Source: a virus
Reading direction: 5' to 3' (one strand)
DNA: 64,000 bases
Virus record (IMG/VR): IMGVR_UViG_3300032665_000006
Span: 69,478-133,477 of that record
A model generated the notes under the pieces. That model saw only the letters and a program-made list of their open reading frames with translations, ran no database searches and was not told where the DNA came from. Position numbers and translations under genes: made by a program. This document shows positions 20,574-30,256 of the stretch, one piece after another. The stretch's first letter is position 1, and each line of letters begins with the position of its first letter.

Positions 20574-20826
20574 TATCTTCTTGTCCGTACTTTAATTTGA
20601 ACCAACTTAATTCTTCATCGCCTTTTACATATATCATGTATATTTGATATACTATATGAAACGACCAATGTTCGTTATCGATTTTCTCACCGTGGGCTAA
20701 ACTTTCACAAGGACCGTAAGTTTGGCTAAACCAGTTCCTAGCTTCATGAAAGTTCAACATACCGTGTACTTGTACACCATATTTGAAATTTCTCTTATCT
20801 TTGGTATTGTGTAAGTTATAATTCAT
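20557..20826 (-). CDS. FxLxW-ending small protein
   Basis: IYVKGDEELSWFKLKYG. Confidence 0.6.
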   Translation of the reverse strand: MNYNLHNTKDKRNFKYGVQVHGMLNFHEARNWFSQTYGPCESLAHGEKIDNEHWSFHIVYQIYMIYVKGDEELSWFKLKYGQEDNELLL

Positions 20827-21023
20827 TGCTGTGGCCAACGAAGTAAAAAATAAGTACGACGCTCTGGTTCTTTAATAAACAGCATAGCACCATTCATACC
20901 AACATCCTTAGGATCAGCCCCTAGCCACTCAATAATAGAGTCTCTATTCTTTTGCCACCAGTTATTATTCATAATAACACATAACTCTGGCGCATCTAGT
21001 TCGGAGCAAAATTCGTAGTTCAT
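20823..21023 (-). CDS. FxLxW-ending small protein
   Basis: LFIKEPERRTYFLLRWP. Confidence 0.6.
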   Translation of the reverse strand: MNYEFCSELDAPELCVIMNNNWWQKNRDSIIEWLGADPKDVGMNGAMLFIKEPERRTYFLLRWPQQ

Positions 21024-21096
21024 AACTTATAAAAGGAAGGAGGGCGGTGCGAACACAGCCCTGTGTACAAACACTACACCACCCTCCTGTTAGCTA

Positions 21097-22182
21097 TTAA
21101 GCTGATGCGTTCAAGATGTACTTGCCATACTTCTTATGGAACTCATCGAAGTTTTTCAACTTAGTTGGTTGGAATGGAAGATTGTACACAGTTAACGCAA
21201 TACGAGCACCCATAACTACCAATTCAGTTTCAAAGTTCTTCATCATGTAAGCAAAGAAGTAATCTGCCATAGTGTGGAAGTCTTTGTCTGCTACTTTCTT
21301 CTCTACAGCATCTTTGAGCTCATAGCACATAGAAATAACTAGAGAATACATAGCTGAAACTTCTTTAACATCTAGGGTAGTAACTTTACCAGACAAAATG
21401 TCTTCTGGCTTAGGCATACGACCAGCAATCTTACGGTGTCCGTTAAACTTAATAGCAAGTCCTTCACCAATAGTACCAGAAATCAAGTTAGTAATTGTAT
21501 CTTCATCACCATCTTCTTCTGATAAAATTTCGCTTACAAAAGACCAACTACGAGGAGTAGCAAACGCACGACTTGAAGATTTAGGATCAAAGTCATACAA
21601 GTCTTGTTTATTAGAGCCTAAGTAACCAATAATATCCTTGTGGATGTTATGAGTAACGGCCCAATCTTGCCAGCTAGCGAAGTCTGTTTTCATCTCCTGG
21701 TGAATGAAACGATTAGCTAGCGGAGTAGGCATACGATATGTAACACCTTTGTCTGACTCACGATTACCAGCCGCAACCATAACAACATTATCTGGCAATT
21801 TATATTTGCCAATGCGTCGATTCAAAATTAGTTGATATGCCGCAGCTTGTACTGAAGGAGCCGCAGAGTTCATTTCGTCTAAGAATAGAACAACTACTGG
21901 ATACTGACTAGCTAATTCTTCGGATGGCAAATCAATAGGCTCGGCCCAATCCATCTTGCCAACTTCTTTATTATAAAACGGGATACCACGAATATCTGTC
22001 GGCTCCATTTGACCTAGACGTAAGTCAATCATATGGCCACCTAATTCAGTAGCAATATCAGCTACCAATTCTGATTTACCAATACCTGGAGGCCCCCACA
22101 AAAATAGTGGACGCTTGTGTTTGAAAGCCTTGAGCAAAGAGCGTTTGGCTTGTACCGATGTTACTTGTCTAGTTTCTGACAT
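21097..22182 (-). CDS. MoxR-like AAA+ ATPase
   Basis: GPPGIGKS Walker A, LFLDE Walker B, AAGN, LANRF, TPRSW. Confidence 0.9.
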   Translation of the reverse strand: MSETRQVTSVQAKRSLLKAFKHKRPLFLWGPPGIGKSELVADIATELGGHMIDLRLGQMEPTDIRGIPFYNKEVGKMDWAEPIDLPSEELASQYPVVVLFLDEMNSAAPSVQAAAYQLILNRRIGKYKLPDNVVMVAAGNRESDKGVTYRMPTPLANRFIHQEMKTDFASWQDWAVTHNIHKDIIGYLGSNKQDLYDFDPKSSSRAFATPRSWSFVSEILSEEDGDEDTITNLISGTIGEGLAIKFNGHRKIAGRMPKPEDILSGKVTTLDVKEVSAMYSLVISMCYELKDAVEKKVADKDFHTMADYFFAYMMKNFETELVVMGARIALTVYNLPFQPTKLKNFDEFHKKYGKYILNASA

Positions 22183-22227
22183 GGGCTGTGTTTCCTTTAT
22201 AAGTGATTAATTTAACTACTAAACTAC

Positions 22228-22256
22228 ATTATACGATTTAATGAATTTATTGTCAA
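22228..22256 (-). promoter_or_regulatory. sigma70 consensus promoter
   Basis: TTGACA-N17-TATAAT. Confidence 0.8.
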
Positions 22257-22467
22257 CCTGCTTAGATTCATCCATAAACACCCGTATTGCTCTTAATTCT
22301 GTGGGCGAAAGTTGTCGAAAATGCTTAACCATAAGTTCGATCCCTCTCAAAGGATCTACTTGATTAGCTTCTGAAAAATCGAGGATGATGTCAACGGCAT
22401 TTTCTAAGTTCATACAGCTATTATAGCAATATATCAATTTGTCGTCAACCTGGGTGCTAAATATAGA

Positions 22468-22966
22468 ATGTACACTATTATTGAAGATTGTAGCCCTTAT
22501 TACATTAGATTTACCCATCAAGGACTTGATCAAATTATTAATATATGTAAACAAAATGCCTATGAAAGATTCTATAAATTTTGATTCTAATCGTGTAGCG
22601 TTGTTTATTACAGAACCAGGAATTAAATCATCGATTCATAAAGACGGGAGTAAAATGCGTTGCGGTATCAATGTTACATTGACTGTATTAGATGATTGTT
22701 GTAAAACAAAATGGTATAGTGATGAATCTCTAAGTCGAGCGCCAAAACAATATAATGGGTACAGTCGCATTCGTTATCCAATTATAGAACCAGCACCAGT
22801 AAAAACAACAGTATTTGGAGCGAACGAATGTATTTTATTCAATACTGATATCTATCATTCCTGGGATAACTCAATATCAACTAATACAAGAACTGTACTA
22901 ACATTAAGAAATGTTGGCGGAGATTTATATTTTGATGAAGTTAAAAAATTGCTATTTGAATATTAA
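22468..22966 (+). pseudogene. HxD...H dioxygenase-like gene with apparent frameshift near 22550
   Basis: TAAATA-ATG frame (MYTIIEDCSPYYIRFTH...) stops at about 22584; HKD...YHSWDN...RTVLTLR lies in another frame. Confidence 0.55.
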
Positions 22967-23279
22967 CGGCCACGACCAGCACTACGGGTTGGTGGCTTTT
23001 TAGCTGGACCAGCCGAAGGCTTTACTTTAACTTTCTTTTCAACAGTAGCATTAACTTCAGAACCATCTACATGAGTCTTGCCCTGCTTCTTTGCTAATGC
23101 TTTAGCTAGTGTATCTGATAATTTTGACATTTCTCGTTCCTTTTTCTTAGCATCTAATTTTTTCATTAACTTGCGCCATTCAGCTTTAGTTAATTGTTTG
23201 CCCCAGTTAGTATTTTTAACTTCGGCTGCCATAGGACGACTAATGGGTCTACCTGGGTCTATATTTTTCTTAGTTACCA

Positions 23280-23696
23280 TTAATAACTCTTATCCAACGA
23301 ATATCTAACTCGTCTTGCGTGTCTTCCGTTGCCGCGGTTAGCACCTTTATAAGTTGGTGTTTGACTATGACAATTTGGACAAATCATACATAAATTCTTT
23401 GGAAGATTATTTTGACTATTGCCATCCTTATGTTCCAATTCTAATACAATAGGCTTACCGTTATGTTCAGTAATACCACAGTAAGCGCATTTATTATCTT
23501 GTTGGGCCAACAAATAACGCTTAATTGATAATTTAGTTCCATTAACTCCAGTACCGGTTTCGTCGCCATTTAACCATTTACTAATAAATTGCGCTTGCCG
23601 ATCCACAGATTGACATTTAATAGAACAATATATGTTACTTTTACTATGTTTAAATCTAGATTCAGTATTACAAGTTTTACAAGTGTAAGTTTTCAT
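23280..23696 (-). CDS. HNH endonuclease
   Basis: CAYC...LEHKDGN..NN...ICPNCH. Confidence 0.9.
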   Translation of the reverse strand: MKTYTCKTCNTESRFKHSKSNIYCSIKCQSVDRQAQFISKWLNGDETGTGVNGTKLSIKRYLLAQQDNKCAYCGITEHNGKPIVLELEHKDGNSQNNLPKNLCMICPNCHSQTPTYKGANRGNGRHARRVRYSLDKSY

Positions 23697-23751
23697 GGTA
23701 TATCACTCCTTACTTTTATTTATGTTCTACCTGTAATATTTAAAATTTTTT

Positions 23752-23825
23752 TGGTGCCCCTTGACAGAATCGAACTGCCATGTCAAGATTACAAATCTAG
23801 CATATTACCATTATATTAAAGGGGC
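23752..23825 (-). tRNA. tRNA-Thr(UGU)
   Basis: Cloverleaf, loop TT-TGT-AA, encoded CCA. Confidence 0.85.
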
Positions 23826-23839
23826 TATACTTCTAATTT

Positions 23840-23915
23840 TGGCTCCCCGACCTGGGCTCGAACCAGGGACCTGCGGATTAACAGTCCGTTACTCTACCAA
23901 CTGAGCTATCAGGGA
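23840..23915 (-). tRNA. tRNA-Asn(GUU)
   Basis: Canonical cloverleaf, CCA. Confidence 0.95.
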
Positions 23916-23925
23916 ATTGTACTAC

Positions 23926-24165
23926 TTACTCTACTACCGACTCCACCACCGCTTCTGCGGATACTGCTTCTACTGCTTTGACGAATCCTGGACGACTTTT
24001 TAATTCATTAATTCTACGATGAATTTTAGCAATATTCTTTTTACGAGCGTTTGATAATAGTTTTTCTAATTGCTCAATGTTCAACGGACCCAAACGCTCT
24101 TTACCATTCTTGGTACGCATTGGATCTGCTTTACGACTTTTTTGATTTCCACCTTTGGTTGCCAT
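23926..24165 (-). CDS. small basic protein
   Basis: ORF with SD. Confidence 0.55.
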   Translation of the reverse strand: MATKGGNQKSRKADPMRTKNGKERLGPLNIEQLEKLLSNARKKNIAKIHRRINELKSRPGFVKAVEAVSAEAVVESVVE

Positions 24166-24184
24166 GTAAGTTCCTTTGTTATTT

Positions 24185-24400
24185 TTACTTATTAGCGATG
24201 TTGATCATGGCTAAAATTTCGTCTACGGATTCTCTAACTTCCCAAGTACCGTATGGTGGGCAAAATATAAAAGTTTTGCGATCAATACTACCGTCAGGAT
24301 TAGTTACATCATCCATGATCATAGAAACTATTACATCGGTGTTAAGCGCAAGAGGTTTGTTGTTGAATTCGGTAGATGCTGAAGTTAAATGTATAAACAT
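24185..24400 (-). CDS. hypothetical protein
   Basis: WEVRESVDEI end, FlbD-like pattern. Confidence 0.55.
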   Translation of the reverse strand: MFIHLTSASTEFNNKPLALNTDVIVSMIMDDVTNPDGSIDRKTFIFCPPYGTWEVRESVDEILAMINIANK

Positions 24401-24421
24401 GAGTTCTTTCTATTTTAATAA

Positions 24422-24988
24422 TTATGCTATAAATCCAAGTGCTGATAATTTTTCACGAACTTCTTTGTAAGTAAAATGATTACCAAATTGTATCGATAAT
24501 GTGATTCTATGTACATCGCTGTTATTAACAACTCTATGAGGTATAGTAGTGTTAACTAAACAGCCATGTCCAAATGCTGATTCCTCGTATGTATCATGTA
24601 GAGTACTATCCTTGGTACCAGCCGCCAAATGCTTATAATTTTTATCAGGTTTAGGTAATATTAATTTTGAATTCCACTGAATAAGGCCAGTGCCTTCTAA
24701 TACCCAATTGATAGCAAACATAGTAGTTTCTGAATTAGTTCCGTCGATATGCCAAGGAAAAGATCCATTGGGTCGCCATCTAAAAATTCTAACTACAGTA
24801 GGAAAAATATTTTCAGCTGACAAACTCTCTCTAATTTCCTTAGTCCAAAATAAATTTTTAGCACCTATTAACGGGTAAGCTCTCCATCGCGGAATATTAT
24901 CTGTAATATCTGTAGGACTATTAGGCCATATTTTTTTGTAATTTATGTTTGGCGCAGGTAATGTAGTTTGAGTATAAAACTGATTCAT
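24422..24988 (-). CDS. HxD...H double-stranded beta-helix (2OG-Fe(II)/cupin-like) protein
   Basis: WHIDG, AINWV, IPHRV, RITLS. Confidence 0.65.
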   Translation of the reverse strand: MNQFYTQTTLPAPNINYKKIWPNSPTDITDNIPRWRAYPLIGAKNLFWTKEIRESLSAENIFPTVVRIFRWRPNGSFPWHIDGTNSETTMFAINWVLEGTGLIQWNSKLILPKPDKNYKHLAAGTKDSTLHDTYEESAFGHGCLVNTTIPHRVVNNSDVHRITLSIQFGNHFTYKEVREKLSALGFIA

Positions 24989-25004
24989 CTTATATTTAAG
25001 ATTA

Positions 25005-25097
25005 TGGCGGAGAGCTAGGGATTCGAACCCCAGATGGACTGTTTAGATCCATGCCCGCTTAGTAGGCGGGTGCCTTCGACCGCTCGGCCAGCTCTCC
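25005..25097 (-). tRNA. tRNA-Ser(ACU), unusual A34 anticodon
   Basis: Long variable arm, G73, loop CT-ACT-AA. Confidence 0.85.
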
Positions 25098-25108
25098 GTA
25101 ATTCTTTT

Positions 25109-25408
25109 TTACTTATGACGCTTGGGCGGCGCTGTAGATTTTAGTAAGTACTCTCCAGCATCGATCTCGCCTGCTTCAATTTCTAATAGTACTGTAACTA
25201 AATCGCCATAAGCCGACTTAACCTTGCGAGTATGTCCGGTACGCAATTCGCGAATACGAGCGGCACCAATTGAAATTAATTCATATCGGCCAACGACTTT
25301 AGCAGCCGCTTCAGATGTGCGCCCGGTGGTGTCCGTTGGATCATATTTGGTTGGAACCAAGCGTGGAACAATTTTATCGCCAGTTAGTGGTTGTTGTACT
25401 AATTTCAT
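25109..25408 (-). CDS. rpoZ: RNA polymerase omega subunit homologue
   Basis: RYELISIGAARIREL...LLEIEAGEI. Confidence 0.7.
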   Translation of the reverse strand: MKLVQQPLTGDKIVPRLVPTKYDPTDTTGRTSEAAAKVVGRYELISIGAARIRELRTGHTRKVKSAYGDLVTVLLEIEAGEIDAGEYLLKSTAPPKRHK

Positions 25409-25640
25409 ATATACCTTTATAGTGGTTGGATTACTTTGTTAAAAATTGTGTGTTACGGAATGCTTTAAGGATTTCATAAGTCTTTTTCTTACTAGCCATA
25501 ATTTGGCGACTAGCTTCTGCTCGTTTTTCAGTTTTAGACCATTGACCCGCTAATGTGCGCGAAAGTTCTGATGCTGTTTGTTGTGGTTTTGCCATGATGG
25601 TTCCTTTTATGTAAGTTATATTATACTACAATACTCGATG

Positions 25641-26282
25641 TTAGTCAAGCGGTTTGATGATTTCGTCTACCGATTTGTCTATTGCTACTGTAACAATTAA
25701 TCTGGGCCCTTCGCTTAATACTACAGCATGGGCACAATCGGTTTTTACAAAGGCACTAGGAGTTAATAAATTTGGAACGGATAATGTAGGTTCTTTTAGA
25801 TATTCCCACCGCTCTTCTGGATTGGATCCTGGTATTGCTTTGCTTACATACTCTTGTCCGGTAATACTATGAAATTTCCAATCAACTAGTCGAGAATCGC
25901 CGTATTCCATATTGCCCCACCAAACCATTGGGTCTTGGGGATTACCTTGAACCATTACATTAAATCGAGATTTAATTTTGTAAGCATTACCCTTGCTGAA
26001 CTTTGCGTCCATATGTGGATTACTTTTAATAGCATAAGGCATATTGCTAACAAATACATTTATGCCATAGTAACTTGTGTCGCAGTTATATTTAGATAAA
26101 AACTGTTTTAATTCTTGCCCTGCTAAACTATTTTGCCACTCGTTTTGATATTCGTACTGTGTAACATCTAAGTCGTGAAAGAATTTTCGATTGAATCTTT
26201 CTTCGTATCGATCCAATATCCACTGTCTAGCAGTTTCAGAAAAAGCAAAATCTGTTTTGTGAAAGAAAGTCATTTTTTCCAA
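25641..26282 (-). CDS. HxD...H dioxygenase-like protein
   Basis: PHMD...AHAV..GPRL; paralog of 42168 and 42766. Confidence 0.6.
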   Translation of the reverse strand: MEKMTFFHKTDFAFSETARQWILDRYEERFNRKFFHDLDVTQYEYQNEWQNSLAGQELKQFLSKYNCDTSYYGINVFVSNMPYAIKSNPHMDAKFSKGNAYKIKSRFNVMVQGNPQDPMVWWGNMEYGDSRLVDWKFHSITGQEYVSKAIPGSNPEERWEYLKEPTLSVPNLLTPSAFVKTDCAHAVVLSEGPRLIVTVAIDKSVDEIIKPLD

Positions 26283-26887
26283 TAAGGGGTAAGGTCTTTG
26301 GGCATTTCGTAATCATTACGATTCATTAGTATTTCGATATTATTATATTGTTCGTTTCCGGTCCACGGAGCACCGACTGCTAATGTAACCTTAACTTCGT
26401 CGGCAGTATTAACCATACCATGAGCCCAGCCACCGTCCATTAGAAAAGGACCTTCTGCACTTGGAGCGTACTTGTTACCATCTTTGGTTATAAAATATAA
26501 AGTATCAGTGCGCCCTTGTAATATAATTCTAAATTTGTGCTGTTTGGTATTAAGCTCGTGTGGATCACAATCTATGTGTTCGTAGTTAGCTACTCCAGGT
26601 TGCGTAATTAATGCCATAACTCTAGACTTCATGCCCATCCACGGAAATACTACATTATCAAACCAATCGCTAATAAGTTTTGGAGTATGGGCGTTCCAAT
26701 TAAATTCTCCCGGCAAACTATTTGACGCTATCATGCCACCTTTGCTCATTAAAGGAATCATTTTGGTATGTCTATAGTCGTCCCAAAAACTATATCTGTC
26801 TGGAATGTTTAAAATTTGTTCAGCCGCCTCTTTTTGATCTAGAGCAACTAAATTCACACTAGCAAAGAGTAAGTTATCATTTGGCAT
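26270..26887 (-). CDS. aspartyl/asparaginyl beta-hydroxylase-like dioxygenase
   Basis: EHIDC...WAHGMVN. Confidence 0.6.
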   Translation of the reverse strand: MPNDNLLFASVNLVALDQKEAAEQILNIPDRYSFWDDYRHTKMIPLMSKGGMIASNSLPGEFNWNAHTPKLISDWFDNVVFPWMGMKSRVMALITQPGVANYEHIDCDPHELNTKQHKFRIILQGRTDTLYFITKDGNKYAPSAEGPFLMDGGWAHGMVNTADEVKVTLAVGAPWTGNEQYNNIEILMNRNDYEMPKDLTPYWKK

Positions 26888-26911
26888 GGTGATATTTATA
26901 TAAATATTTTT

Positions 26912-27490
26912 ATGGACCACTATAAATTAATCAATTGGGATTCGGCACCAATTGAAGAAATCTTATCTATTATTACAATACAAAATAAGGATCGCGAACA
27001 AGTGGTTCCTATAAACAAAGAAACTGAACAAAAAATTTTAGAATTATTAAAAGTTAATGTGTCTAAAATTGATAGACGAAGAATTATGTTAGTGTACTTT
27101 CCGCCCAACAAAGCTATAAACATACATTCAGACAAACCCAAAGAAACTAAAGATCCAGGAAAACTACACAGATGTATATTCTTACCTTTGAAGAATTGTG
27201 AGAATTTAATATGGTCTTGGTTTGAACCTGCCGATCCTTCAAAAATATTTTACTACGGAGAATCAGAAAACTGGCAAACAGTTCCTATGATACATTATAA
27301 GTATGCTAAGGAAATTGAAAGCGTTGTTTGTGACAAACCATTTTTAAGTGATATTGGTACTTTCCATGCTTTACGCAATACTAGTGATAGTCCAGCGATT
27401 GGTATTAGCATTAGATTAATGCCCTGGGCATGGGAAACATTAGATACTGATCCTGTACTGCCACCCATTGATGCTATTACACTAAGATGA
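26912..27490 (+). CDS. HxD...H dioxygenase-like protein
   Basis: IHSD...FHALRN. Confidence 0.6.
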   Translation: MDHYKLINWDSAPIEEILSIITIQNKDREQVVPINKETEQKILELLKVNVSKIDRRRIMLVYFPPNKAINIHSDKPKETKDPGKLHRCIFLPLKNCENLIWSWFEPADPSKIFYYGESENWQTVPMIHYKYAKEIESVVCDKPFLSDIGTFHALRNTSDSPAIGISIRLMPWAWETLDTDPVLPPIDAITLR

Positions 27491-28026
27491 AATATTACAA
27501 ATACTTAGATTTAAATTTTGAAACAGTTTCCGCAAAATTAAACGATTACATAAACAAACACAGTCAACTATTTTTAGTGGACCAAAGAACTTCGTCTTGG
27601 AAATCAGTTGACTTAACTGACCTTTTAAAAGATGTGCCTGAATTAAGCGAAATGCTAGCTCCTTTAAACATTACATTAAGATATGCGGCATTTTTTGTTA
27701 GCGATTATGCTACCGGAACTTTACACATAGACCACGACATAAATTCTAATTGTAGAATAATCATACCAGTATTAAATTGTGAAAATACCGAAACTAGGTT
27801 TTTTACTACTAGCGCGGCACCTGAAAAAGTTTTACAACCTAATGGTATCCCGTTATTGAAATTAGATCCATCTAAATGTACTCATGTTGATCAATATTAT
27901 CTTGATAAACCTTTGATATTTAGAAATGATCAACCGCATCAAGTAGTGAGTAATAATCCAAATAATCCACGCATATCTTTTACAATGGGGTTTGTCGAAG
28001 ATATAGAATATCTATTATATGAATAA
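27487..28026 (+). CDS. HxD...H dioxygenase-like protein
   Basis: LHID...QPHQV...RIS. Confidence 0.65.
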   Translation: MKYYKYLDLNFETVSAKLNDYINKHSQLFLVDQRTSSWKSVDLTDLLKDVPELSEMLAPLNITLRYAAFFVSDYATGTLHIDHDINSNCRIIIPVLNCENTETRFFTTSAAPEKVLQPNGIPLLKLDPSKCTHVDQYYLDKPLIFRNDQPHQVVSNNPNNPRISFTMGFVEDIEYLLYE

Positions 28027-28582
28027 TTATTGTGTTGATCTTAGCCTAGATTTACCACTGTTCAAATCAGAACTATCTCCTGTTGAATTTTTAAAACAAA
28101 ATTACGAACTAACAGGACATTTTCAAATTAATATTAGTGACCTAAGTGTTGAGCTAGTAGAATTTTTAAATAAGCTGGGGTTAGCTGTAAGATTAGTTGA
28201 AATTTTTTATAGACAACCTTATGGTGGCGGGAATATACATAGTGATACAGAAGTAGCAGGTGACTATGCTAAATTAAATTGGGTTTATGGCAACGGCACA
28301 ATGTATTGGTACAAAACAAACAAAAATTATACGCCCACAGTTCTTAATACTACAGCTATTAAATCTTACGCTTTATATTATAATGAACCAGAAGTAGAGT
28401 TAGTACATTCACAAAAAGTAGGACAACCTAGTTTAGTACAAGTAGGATGTCCTCACAGAGTAGTTAATAGTGATACTGAAAGATTTTGTATAAGTCTGGT
28501 ATTTGAAACAATCAGTACTAAAGAAAGATTAACTTTTCAAGAAGCTGTAACTGTATTTTCTGAATTCATTAAAACTAAATGA
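28019..28582 (+). CDS. HxD...H dioxygenase-like protein
   Basis: IHSD...KLNWV...CPHRV...RFCIS. Confidence 0.65.
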   Translation: MNNYCVDLSLDLPLFKSELSPVEFLKQNYELTGHFQINISDLSVELVEFLNKLGLAVRLVEIFYRQPYGGGNIHSDTEVAGDYAKLNWVYGNGTMYWYKTNKNYTPTVLNTTAIKSYALYYNEPEVELVHSQKVGQPSLVQVGCPHRVVNSDTERFCISLVFETISTKERLTFQEAVTVFSEFIKTK

Positions 28583-29109
28583 ATCGGGTAATCACCAAAA
28601 CCAATAGTAACACTTAATCTTGGCTCAGTTAAGTTTGGATTAGTATAAACTCCATGCGGTACTTTTGAATTAAACACAACAGGTTGAATTAATTCAATAG
28701 AACCAATTTCTGGCATTGGATTAACTGCGGATATAGTTAAAAAACTATTACCGTTGGGATTGAATCGTTCTTCTACTTGATTACCGTTTAAGGCATAGAA
28801 CTTTGTATAACTACCTTGGCAATTTTTAACAGGCATTAACAGTCTATATTTGGCAGGACCTTGATCAATATGAATTTTGCCATCGTCACCTGGCGTTCTG
28901 TGTATTATAGAAATCATTTTAATGGGACAATTAACTAATTTAGCACAAGAATCTATTAACTCAGGAACAAAAGACAACACCTCTTCTAGATTAAGCGTAT
29001 TCCAATCGTATTTGTCTTCAAGTATTGTTGTATGGTTAACTACATAATCGTATAACTTATTTGATATAAGTTCTTGATTATCTATTGTTAAAAATTTGTA
29101 TAATTCCAT
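28537..29109 (-). CDS. HxD...H dioxygenase-like protein
   Basis: IHID...VPHGV...RLS. Confidence 0.65.
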   Translation of the reverse strand: MELYKFLTIDNQELISNKLYDYVVNHTTILEDKYDWNTLNLEEVLSFVPELIDSCAKLVNCPIKMISIIHRTPGDDGKIHIDQGPAKYRLLMPVKNCQGSYTKFYALNGNQVEERFNPNGNSFLTISAVNPMPEIGSIELIQPVVFNSKVPHGVYTNPNLTEPRLSVTIGFGDYPIHLVLMNSENTVTAS

Positions 29110-29138
29110 AGCAGTATTTATTACCTAATAAATAGTTC

Positions 29139-29663
29139 ATGACTGAATTTATGTATAAATTGGATTTGCCACCATTAGATGAAATTCTTACAGATTTTGG
29201 AAAGAAAGAATTACTAATAGGCAAAGACAAAACATTGTACAAACAATACCATCCCAAAGATCTAGTTAAACCCGAATGGTTATCATGGCGTGGTATTGAA
29301 TGGGATTTTGTTAACTTTTTCTATAAAAATAATTATCAAGGAATAATACACATTGACGGACCTGGCGTATGGGGCATTAATTGGATATACAACGGATACG
29401 GTACTATGGAATACTGGAGACCCGAAGATGTGGATCAGCACCCAGCAGAATATGATGATATAGGTAGTAAGCGAAGTGAATGTTTTGCCAAAGTAGAACC
29501 AATTAAAGTTTATAAAACTATGCCGGGAGCATACTTAACAGATGCGTCGGTTCCACATCGTCCTTCGGGATATAACGGAAGGTACGCTTTTAGTTTACGA
29601 TGCTATAGTAAAAATATAACTTGGCAAGAAGCAATTGATAAATTTCAAGATTTGTTTATATGA
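29139..29663 (+). CDS. HxD...H dioxygenase-like protein
   Basis: IHID...GINWI...VPH...RYAFSLR. Confidence 0.65.
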   Translation: MTEFMYKLDLPPLDEILTDFGKKELLIGKDKTLYKQYHPKDLVKPEWLSWRGIEWDFVNFFYKNNYQGIIHIDGPGVWGINWIYNGYGTMEYWRPEDVDQHPAEYDDIGSKRSECFAKVEPIKVYKTMPGAYLTDASVPHRPSGYNGRYAFSLRCYSKNITWQEAIDKFQDLFI

Positions 29664-30256
29664 TTAATATTAATGCTACTAAAAAACCTATTATTATATT
29701 TGCTAGTCCTAGAACTGGTAGTACTGCGCTAGGGCATCATTTGGAAAGTCTTTATCCTAATCTTAAATATTATAACGAACCTAATTTTTTTGTTGACGAA
29801 ATGAAAAATTTTATGGATAGATTCGACAGTGGCAATGATGATTATATTTTAAAATTAATGGGCACCTCATTAAATGTCTATCCATCTCATGTTATTGCTA
29901 AAATGTTTTCTAACGAAGTATTCAAAATTAAAATAACTCGTAAAGATATTATAGAACAAACAGCAAGTCATTATGTAGCAAATGAAAGAGATTTATGGGA
30001 TTATAAGGATGTTGATGATAACACTTGTAATAATTTAGCCTCACATAATATTGAAATTAATATAGATAGAGTTAATAAAAGTATTGAGTGTGTTGAATTT
30101 GATAACATGATTATCAGTAAGATTTCTGCCGACTTAGAATTATATTACGAAGATTTTGAAGAATTTAAATCGCCAACTAAAAGAACTCCGTTACCGCTTA
30201 ACTACCCGTTGCTTCTTCATGTAATAAAAAAGTTATATAGTACCAGGGTCAGTTAA
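29660..30256 (+). CDS. sulfotransferase-like protein (Stf0-type)
   Basis: SPRTGST PAPS-binding motif, R.D...Q..S, YYEDF. Confidence 0.65.
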   Translation: MININATKKPIIIFASPRTGSTALGHHLESLYPNLKYYNEPNFFVDEMKNFMDRFDSGNDDYILKLMGTSLNVYPSHVIAKMFSNEVFKIKITRKDIIEQTASHYVANERDLWDYKDVDDNTCNNLASHNIEINIDRVNKSIECVEFDNMIISKISADLELYYEDFEEFKSPTKRTPLPLNYPLLLHVIKKLYSTRVS

